From Patescibacteria group bacterium (GTDB taxonomy: Bacteria; Patescibacteriota; Minisyncoccia; 2-02-FULL-40-12): a DNA stretch of 64,000 nucleotides. Of the stretch, positions 1 through 6,896 are shown piece by piece. The stretch covers positions 1,266-65,265 of the forward strand of contig JBBTXZ010000002.1 in NCBI GenBank assembly GCA_038062015.1, read 5' to 3'. The notes under the pieces are model-generated. The model saw only the letters and a program-made list of their open reading frames with translations, did not search any database and was not told the DNA's origin. A program made the position numbers and the translations under genes. Each line of letters starts with the position of its first letter. Within the stretch, counting starts at the first letter, position 1.

Positions 1-334
1 GTGAGGCCACGGGAACATCAAAGGGGTGATCCAGAACCAATACCTCATTCAACGAGCGAAGAGGGATTTGTGCGGCCTTGGGTATTGCCGACAATGAGCG
101 CCTAGGCTGCATAATCGTCAACTTAAGCCAGGCGACATACTCTGTTTTGAGCTCCACGGAGAAAAGCAACACGCTTAGTATGGTGGGGCTTTTCTGTTTT
201 TCATATATTATCTGGTTCTGTATCTGTCTCCAAACCCTCAATCCCTCTATAATCTGGTTCCCCCCTTAATCTGGTTCCCCCCTTCGCTAAAGCTTCGGAA
301 GGGTAAGCAAGCGGCTCCTACGAGGCGGACTAAA

Positions 335-1849
335 TTATTTCTTTTCAACCTCTTCCAACGCTTTTCTTAACCCCTCCAAATCCGGCTCAACGTTTTTTCT
401 CTTAAAATTCTCCGGTTCGCGCTTGATTAATTCGTCAAGCGATACGCTTTTCTCTCTCGGAATCGGAACTTCAGGCGATTGAACCCTTAGTTTCATCGCT
501 TTTGGTTTTGAAGGCCGAGCGCTTAGCGTCCCGAACGGCCCCGCTGAACGGAGGGCCGGCCCTATTGCCAGGCTCCAACTTTCAATCTCTTTTTCAACCG
601 CTTCAACCGGTCGGCTGTATTTTTTTCTTGACGCACCAATAATAATCTCTTTAATGCTGGCTCTCGATTCCAAAGGAATCGGCGGCAGAGTCAAAGCTGA
701 AAACGGTCTTGAGGAAATACCGTCAACCAGAAGCTTCAGATAAACATTGTAATTAGACAGGTTGACAAAATCTTGGGAGATAAGTTCCGGAGCAAACTGG
801 ATTTCCAAAAATTCGGCGTCGGTGGCGCCGACCCTGAATGTAATCATAGTTCCGACATTGCCAAAAACGGCGTCTCGGACCCGAGTGGAAGTTTCGGTTA
901 TCAGTTGGCCGATGTATTGATGAGCAATAATTAAAGCCAAACCGTATTTTCTTGACTCCGATAAAATTGTGGCAAAAGCATCGGTGGCAAAGTTTTGAAA
1001 TTCATCCACATAAAGAAAAAATGGGTGACGCTCTTCTTTATGAACCTTGATTCTTTCCATGGCCGTCAACTGAATTTTAGTTATCAGCATCGCTCCCAAT
1101 AAAGCCGAATTGTCTTCGCCGATAAGCCCCTTGGAAACATTGACCAAAAGAATTTTTCGATTCTCAATTATGTCTTCGATGTCCAAAGTGCTTTTTGACT
1201 GGCCGACGATATTTCTAACCATTTTAGTGGCCAAAAACTGACCGACTTTATTTTGAATGGGCACAATTGCTTCATTCCTGAACTTTTGTTCCCAAGCTTC
1301 GTACTCGGTTGTCCAAAATGCCCTAACTACCGGGTCCTTAATATTGCTGATTATTTTTTTGCGGTATTCTTTATCTACTAAGAGCCGTGGAATCCCCATT
1401 AAAGTTGAATCCGGCGTGTCTAAAAGCGCTAAAACGCAGTTATTTAAAATATATTCCATTCTGGCTGACCAGACTCCGGCCCAGATTTTAGTGAAAACAG
1501 CCATCAAACCTGAAGCAACCAAGTGCTTATGTTCCGGATTTTTGACTTCCAAAATATTAAAACCAATCGGGTATTCCGAATCAACCGGATTAAAATAAAT
1601 GGTATCGCCGACTCGCTCCTTTGGGATTGAATCCAATAAATCTTCGACAAATTCGCCGTGAGGGTCGATTACGGCCAAACCCTGGCCGGTTTTAATGTCC
1701 TGAACCGCCAGATTCTTCAAAAGAGTGGTCTTGCCGGTGCCGGTCTGGCCGATGACGTACATATGCTGGAGCCGGTCTTTTTCCTTGATGCCGAAAATCC
1801 GGTCCTGCCCCCGAAAATTGGTTTTGGCGAAATAGGTAATGTCAGACAT
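335..1849 (-). CDS. FtsK/HerA-superfamily P-loop ATPase (DUF87/VirB4-VirD4-like, no TM or HAS-barrel seen)
   Basis: Walker A GQTGTGKTT at residues 33-41 and Walker B-like FFLYVDEFQNF; 504 aa with a low-complexity charged C-tail; 23 bp downstream of the membrane-protein gene (1873..3156) on the same strand. Confidence 0.55.
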   Translation of the reverse strand: MSDITYFAKTNFRGQDRIFGIKEKDRLQHMYVIGQTGTGKTTLLKNLAVQDIKTGQGLAVIDPHGEFVEDLLDSIPKERVGDTIYFNPVDSEYPIGFNILEVKNPEHKHLVASGLMAVFTKIWAGVWSARMEYILNNCVLALLDTPDSTLMGIPRLLVDKEYRKKIISNIKDPVVRAFWTTEYEAWEQKFRNEAIVPIQNKVGQFLATKMVRNIVGQSKSTLDIEDIIENRKILLVNVSKGLIGEDNSALLGAMLITKIQLTAMERIKVHKEERHPFFLYVDEFQNFATDAFATILSESRKYGLALIIAHQYIGQLITETSTRVRDAVFGNVGTMITFRVGATDAEFLEIQFAPELISQDFVNLSNYNVYLKLLVDGISSRPFSALTLPPIPLESRASIKEIIIGASRKKYSRPVEAVEKEIESWSLAIGPALRSAGPFGTLSARPSKPKAMKLRVQSPEVPIPREKSVSLDELIKREPENFKRKNVEPDLEGLRKALEEVEKK

Positions 1850-1872
1850 ATCAAAATATCGAAATTTCGAGT

Positions 1873-3156
1873 TTAAAACGGTATGTAGCCGGGCGGACTT
1901 ACCTTTTTACTCTCTACTCTATCCAAAGTCGGCGCGGTCAAAACCACATTGGTCGGCGGATGATACAAAGTGGCCAGCTCCTCTGAATTTAAAATTGAAA
2001 TTGAAGAATTGAAATCTTTATCCGGCCTGTTAGGATCAGCCAGCCGCCCGACAAAAGTTTCTTCCGGAATGTATCTTGTTTTGTAGCGGTATAAAAGCCT
2101 TTTTTTTCTTGCTTTGGTCCGGCGGCCCGTCAGGATAAACGGCCATTTCCACCATCTTGTGCTGGTAAGAGCATTAGCGTTGATGGCGAAATAATTCATG
2201 GAAGAAGCATACTGATTAAAATAGCCCAGCATATTTTTCCAGGCGCCTCTATTAAATATGTCTTTGGGCGCCAAATAAGCCAGCCTGATTAAAACTTCAA
2301 AACCGCGCTTTGAAACTTTCTGACTCACCGCCTTAAGCGATGCTTCTTCGGCCGGACTCAAAATCGGGAATGAAATCGCTGTCTGACCGGGCAGCGGCTT
2401 TAAACGGGTTTTTTCTTTCAATTCTTTGATTATATTCTCTCCTTCTTTCTCCCAACCGGGCTTGGCCGGCCGGACTATCAATTGAATCCAGGTCCTTTCC
2501 TCCGGCCTGGTTCTGGCTATTAGTTCTAAAATATGCGAAATCGGATCAATAATTCTTTCTTCTCCGCCCTTTTCCTCAAAAAGCATATAGGTGTTTATGG
2601 GATGAGGCGAGGGGTTCTTCAATTTTGACTCCAAACCGAAAAAGTCATATCCGGTCCGTTCCAAATCATCAAAAGAATCGGGGAATTCAGCCGTATAATC
2701 CTCGACTCCGGCTATTTCAATATCCGGGTATTGGGCGTAAAGCATTGATTCCACCGAGTGGCGGAGTTTTTTCGGGGTTCTGATGTAAAAATGAGCTTTG
2801 CCGCCAGTGCCGACGATTTCAAAACTGAACCAAAGAATCACTTCGCCGTCCACGTATTTTTCCTTCCAGCTCATCGGTATGTTTATCAAAGTCCAGAGTC
2901 CGGTAAAAAACTGGTCCATCGCCTTGGGCCCTTTTTCAACCTCCCGGGGGACGCGGATTTCAAACATGTCCCATTCAATCTCGCTTCTGAATTTTGCCTG
3001 CCGATAAAAAAGCAGCGCGTTTCGGACAATTAAAAAAACCAGAAAAGCCAAAACCGGCAAGATAACCCGCTTAAAAGGCGCGAGGAAAGAAACTAAAAAT
3101 TTTAAATCTTCGTAAGTCCCAAAGAGAAGCTGAAAATCCAAAAAGTTCATCAACAA
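1873..3156 (-). CDS. hypothetical membrane-anchored protein (single N-terminal TM), partner of the upstream ATPase
   Basis: 427-aa ORF; N-terminal hydrophobic helix VILPVLAFLVFLIVRNALLF, the rest soluble; tight same-strand spacing with 335..1849. Confidence 0.45.
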   Translation of the reverse strand: MLMNFLDFQLLFGTYEDLKFLVSFLAPFKRVILPVLAFLVFLIVRNALLFYRQAKFRSEIEWDMFEIRVPREVEKGPKAMDQFFTGLWTLINIPMSWKEKYVDGEVILWFSFEIVGTGGKAHFYIRTPKKLRHSVESMLYAQYPDIEIAGVEDYTAEFPDSFDDLERTGYDFFGLESKLKNPSPHPINTYMLFEEKGGEERIIDPISHILELIARTRPEERTWIQLIVRPAKPGWEKEGENIIKELKEKTRLKPLPGQTAISFPILSPAEEASLKAVSQKVSKRGFEVLIRLAYLAPKDIFNRGAWKNMLGYFNQYASSMNYFAINANALTSTRWWKWPFILTGRRTKARKKRLLYRYKTRYIPEETFVGRLADPNRPDKDFNSSISILNSEELATLYHPPTNVVLTAPTLDRVESKKVSPPGYIPF

Positions 3157-3172
3157 TAATTATACCACCTAA

Positions 3173-4225
3173 TTAACTTCTTTCAATAAGTCTGTAAAAA
3201 CCGTCTTTATCTTTCTTAAAGAGTTTTTTGTCCTGAAGATTCAAAACTATGGTATTGGGTTTGACAAAGCGGGCCTCGGCGGTTTTAGCGATAATCTTTT
3301 CTCTAGGCATCGGGCCGTGTTTTTTTAAAATACTCGTTAAAACGTCCTTAACTGTGCCGGCTTCAAAGCCCCAATCCGAAAGAGCATAAAGGCCGCGGCC
3401 GACCAAAACAAATCTTTTGTCTTTTATAAGCTCGTTATGGACGGTCTGAAAGTTGGCTTTTTTAGAATCAAAATTATGGCTATTGATGGCATCGGTAATT
3501 TCTCTGAAATGGAGAGGTTTATTAATTCTTTTAAAAATAAGATAAGCTTTGTCTTTTATGCCTTTGGGCCGAATCTCGGGCCAGCTGACTAAGCCGGCTT
3601 CGCCGAAAATATTTTTACCCATGGCTTTATGCAGTCCCAAATAAGACAGGACTATTTTAGGGTCGCTTGCGTTTTCCTGAGAAGTTTTATTGAAAAACGA
3701 AACAAGCTCTGTTTCCGGAACGACAGAATTCTGTTTTTTAAAGGCATGAACTAATTTTTCGGTTGCCTCTTTGGCTTTATCTATATAGAAGGGATCTTTA
3801 ACCGTCCAGATAGAGTGATAATGATCGTCTTCGGGACAACGTTCAAAGTTACTTGATACGGTCATTAAAAAGACCAGAGCTCCGTTGGTTTTATTATACC
3901 GGCTGGAGCCCGAAAATTCATGGAATAAAAGATCTTCCCGGATGACATTTTCATAGCCTTGAAGAATCGCTTTTATCTTAAAAACCTGATCGCTCAAATT
4001 GAAACCGTCGAATTTTTTTCTGAACTCGCGCAAAGCCACTTCTTCAATCTGGCGGACCCTCTCCCGAGTGATATTGTATTTTTGACCAATAGATTCCAAG
4101 GTTTCAATATTACCGGTTTTAAGGCCAAATCTCCGGGAAACTATGTCCTGGGTTCGAGGATTCAAAGATTTTAAAATCTCTAAAATAGAATTTATAAAAT
4201 TGACTTTTTCTTGCTCATTTAACAT
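3173..4225 (-). CDS. sigma-70 region-4 HTH protein with C-terminal HARE-HTH-like winged-helix domain(s)
   Basis: N-terminus DIVSRRFGLKTGNIETLESIGQKYNITRERVRQIEEVALREF matches sigma70 region 4; C-terminal PLHFREITDAINSH...RFVLVGRGLYALSDWG resembles the HARE-HTH found in RpoE-delta and restriction-enzyme N-domains. Confidence 0.5.
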   Translation of the reverse strand: MLNEQEKVNFINSILEILKSLNPRTQDIVSRRFGLKTGNIETLESIGQKYNITRERVRQIEEVALREFRKKFDGFNLSDQVFKIKAILQGYENVIREDLLFHEFSGSSRYNKTNGALVFLMTVSSNFERCPEDDHYHSIWTVKDPFYIDKAKEATEKLVHAFKKQNSVVPETELVSFFNKTSQENASDPKIVLSYLGLHKAMGKNIFGEAGLVSWPEIRPKGIKDKAYLIFKRINKPLHFREITDAINSHNFDSKKANFQTVHNELIKDKRFVLVGRGLYALSDWGFEAGTVKDVLTSILKKHGPMPREKIIAKTAEARFVKPNTIVLNLQDKKLFKKDKDGFYRLIERS

Positions 4226-4253
4226 GTGAAAGCTATAATAGCACTCATCAGAA

Positions 4254-5522
4254 ATGTTGTCAAACTATTTTTTAAAACAAGAGGAAAACAAGAAAATAGC
4301 AGTTTTGGGGCTTGGCCGTGAGGGTCGGGCTACCTTGAATTTTTTTAAAAAAAATAAAATAAAGGCCGAGGCCCTCGATGCTAAATTTGACAGAAATTAT
4401 ATTAATAAACTTAAAAAATACAACCTTATTTTTAGAACGCCGGGATTCCCCCGCCTCCATCCCAAGCTTTTAGCCGCCGAAAAAAACGGAGCCGCTATCT
4501 CAAGCCACATTAAATTATTTTTTGATTTGTGTCCGGCGAAAATTATCGGCGTGACCGGAACCAAAGGTAAAACCACAACTGCTTTATTGATATATCAAAT
4601 ATTAAAAACTAAATATAAAAATTCGGTTTTTGTGGCTGGCAATCTTGGAAAACCGGCCCTGGATATATTGTCGAAATTAAATAAAAAATCATTGGTCATT
4701 TTAGAACTTTCAAGTTTCCAGCTTCAGGACTTGGACAAGAGTCCTCATATCGCCGTGATTACCAATATTACTATTGATCATCTTGATCCTTCAGGAAAAT
4801 TCGGACCAGCCACCCACCAAACCGCCAAAGAATACTTTGACGCCAAAGTAAATATAATCAAATATCAATCTGCCAAAGACTTTGCCGTAATTAATCCTTC
4901 GCTTAAAAATAAAATAAAAAAGACGGGTAGAGGTAAGAAAATCTATCCCAATCCCCTATTCTTTCAAACAAAGCTAAGGGGCCTATACAATCTTAAAAAC
5001 ATCGCTTTGGCGATTCAAGTCGGAAAAACTTTGAAAGTTCCGGAAAAAAATATATTGAAAGCAGTTAAAAATTTCAAAGGAGTCGAGCATCGACTTAAAT
5101 TCATAAAAAAAATAAACGGAGTTTCATTTTACAACGATTCAGCCGCCACTAATCCTGACGCAACTTTAGCCGCCCTAAAATCTTTTAATGAACCGATCCA
5201 CTTGATTCTTGGCGGTTCGGATAAAGGATTAAACTACCAAAAACTAGCTGGCTATATTTCAAAATCTAAAAATGTAAAGTCAGTAATGCTAATCGGCCAG
5301 CTAAAAAATAAAATATATCGAATTTTTAAACCAAGACTCGAATTTCAAGTTAAAAAAATAAAAAGTTTAAAAACTGCTGTCTTGACCGCTTTTAAAAATA
5401 CTGCTAAAAATGAAGTGGTTCTTTTGTCTCCCGGAGCGGCAAGCTTTGATATGTTCGAAAGTTATGCCGAGCGAGGGGAGAAGTTCAAAAAACTGGTGCG
5501 CGGTTTGAAATCAAGGAGGTGA
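4254..5522 (+). CDS. murD: UDP-N-acetylmuramoyl-L-alanine--D-glutamate ligase
   Basis: Rossmann-like N-domain KIAVLGLGREGRA; Mur ligase P-loop GVTGTKGKTTT; central DHLD motif; 422 aa. Confidence 0.75.
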   Translation: MLSNYFLKQEENKKIAVLGLGREGRATLNFFKKNKIKAEALDAKFDRNYINKLKKYNLIFRTPGFPRLHPKLLAAEKNGAAISSHIKLFFDLCPAKIIGVTGTKGKTTTALLIYQILKTKYKNSVFVAGNLGKPALDILSKLNKKSLVILELSSFQLQDLDKSPHIAVITNITIDHLDPSGKFGPATHQTAKEYFDAKVNIIKYQSAKDFAVINPSLKNKIKKTGRGKKIYPNPLFFQTKLRGLYNLKNIALAIQVGKTLKVPEKNILKAVKNFKGVEHRLKFIKKINGVSFYNDSAATNPDATLAALKSFNEPIHLILGGSDKGLNYQKLAGYISKSKNVKSVMLIGQLKNKIYRIFKPRLEFQVKKIKSLKTAVLTAFKNTAKNEVVLLSPGAASFDMFESYAERGEKFKKLVRGLKSRR

Positions 5523-5525
5523 AAA

Positions 5526-5852
5526 TTGGCAATAAAAGTCATACCGAATCGGCCAGAATCAGTAGTGGACGACAAAGTCGTGGTAAGGCATCTGGTTGCG
5601 AGAGGATCAGAATTAGTGAGAATTCTTCTTGAGGCCGGAGGCCTTATCGAAGGTATTTCTCCGACCAAAACGGACGCTTCCGGCATAACAATAGAAAAAA
5701 CGATCTACTTTAATAGGCCGGACTCTCTTGATGAAGGTGTCGTTAATAGGTACGTCGAAGAATTCGGCGGCATCGTTAAAAAACTGGAGGAGGTCTCTGT
5801 TTCGCTAACTTCCTGCATTTCACCATTTCGCTCTCCAGAAGGGGTCCACTGA
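5526..5852 (+). CDS. hypothetical small protein (108 aa), coding status uncertain; lies in a GC-elevated stretch
   Basis: ORF starts 4 bp after murD and ends just before a hairpin+T-run terminator; no recognisable family; local GC is clearly above the window background. Confidence 0.25.
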   Translation: MAIKVIPNRPESVVDDKVVVRHLVARGSELVRILLEAGGLIEGISPTKTDASGITIEKTIYFNRPDSLDEGVVNRYVEEFGGIVKKLEEVSVSLTSCISPFRSPEGVH

Positions 5853-5876
5853 AATTCGTGGACCCTTATTTTTTTA
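5842..5876 (+). terminator. rho-independent terminator closing the murD transcription unit
   Basis: gggtccac-tgaaattc-gtggaccc stem-loop followed by ttattttttt. Confidence 0.55.
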
Positions 5877-5881
5877 CGCGG

Positions 5882-6763
5882 CTAAGCGCCGCGATTATCA
5901 CGCTTAGCGTGATGAAACAACATCAAAATCGGGCTGGCTAAAAAAATTGAAGAATAAGCGCCGGAAGCGATGCCAATAATCAAGGCCAAAGAAAAATTCT
6001 TCAAGGTCGGCCCGCCAAAAATATAAATGGCGATTACGGCAAAGAGAGTGGTTAGGGTTGTATTTATTGAACGAACTAAAGTTTGCTTTATACTCTTATG
6101 AACTACCTCATTAAAGTTGCCGGATGGATTTTTTAAAATATTTTCTCTGATCCGATCATACACAACCACGGTATCATTTATTGAATACCCTAAAATCGCC
6201 AGAGCCGCGGCAATAAGCGGCGCGTCAATGGCTACTCCTTTAAACTGACCAAGCCAAGAAAAAACTCCGATCGGCAAAAGTAAATCATGAATTAAAGCCA
6301 CAATTGCCCCTAAAGCCAAAACCCAAGGACTAATTATTCCGCCGACTTTTGAAAAAACGACAGCCAAATAAAGAGAAATCAAAATTAAAGCAATAACTAT
6401 CGCGATAATGCTTTTTCTTTTCAATTCCGAGCCCAAAACCGAACCGATTGAATCAAAACGAATTTCTTCCACTTCTCCGAAATTCCGGAATTCCGATAAA
6501 ATCTGCTGATGAGTTTCTTCTGAAATTTCAGACATCTTGATTAAAAACCCGTCTTCGGTCTGGGAAACAGTCGAGTTGCTAACTCCTGATTTTTCCAACG
6601 ATTCTTTTATTATTCTAAATTCTATATTCTGCGTTCTAAGTTCTAATAATGTTCCGCCCGTGAAATCAATGCCTAAATTCAGACCGTAAATTAAAAACAA
6701 ACCTAAACATACGGCCATCAAAACCAGCGAAATTGAAAACATTACTTTGTAGAGTTTAGACAT
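5882..6763 (-). CDS. secF: protein translocase subunit SecF
   Basis: N-terminus LGIDFTGGTLLELR and a polytopic C-half typical of SecF; 293 aa; no SecD ORF adjacent. Confidence 0.85.
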   Translation of the reverse strand: MSKLYKVMFSISLVLMAVCLGLFLIYGLNLGIDFTGGTLLELRTQNIEFRIIKESLEKSGVSNSTVSQTEDGFLIKMSEISEETHQQILSEFRNFGEVEEIRFDSIGSVLGSELKRKSIIAIVIALILISLYLAVVFSKVGGIISPWVLALGAIVALIHDLLLPIGVFSWLGQFKGVAIDAPLIAAALAILGYSINDTVVVYDRIRENILKNPSGNFNEVVHKSIKQTLVRSINTTLTTLFAVIAIYIFGGPTLKNFSLALIIGIASGAYSSIFLASPILMLFHHAKRDNRGA

Positions 6764-6839
6764 TGAACAATTTTACCACAATAACAAATATTATCTTTCT
6801 TCAAAATCAAGACACCTCGATTTTAATTTTTTATTTGAT

Positions 6840-6857
6840 ATTATGATATATCATAAT
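6840..6857. promoter_or_regulatory. perfect 18-bp palindrome ATTATGATATATCATAAT in the secF upstream region (candidate operator)
   Basis: exact reverse-complement symmetry read directly from the sequence; lies in the AT-rich 133-bp spacer between the secA stop and the secF start. Confidence 0.25.
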
Positions 6858-6896
6858 ATCATATTTTCATATAATTAAACTCATAATTAATAAACT

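Noticed and set aside
150-200. Faint resemblance of ...gcttagtatggtgggg... to the 5S rRNA segment GATGGTAGTGTGGGG
   Set aside because: Similarity limited to about 12 nt, and the rest of the 5S consensus is absent on both sides
78-269. 63-aa plus-strand ORF at the left edge, and the many 60-120-aa ORFs in the track lying antisense to or nested inside long genes (e.g. 1257-1598, 2758-3033, 7499-7838, 10548-10904, 44050-44511, 48235-48821, 60047-60322, 61126-61362, 61978-62337)
   Set aside because: All overlap much longer ORFs with clear family signatures on the other strand or frame, or sit on the palindromic/GC-rich elements where open frames arise by composition; no independent support
5526-5880. 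Considered RNase P RNA, tmRNA or SRP RNA in the GC-rich segment after murD
   Set aside because: None of the universally conserved blocks (AGGAAAGUCCGGGCUCC for RNase P, the GGGG...UCGAC 5' end and tRNA-like 3' end with CCA for tmRNA, the GGAAGCAGCC domain IV of SRP RNA) could be found on either strand. Length also does not fit RNase P or tmRNA
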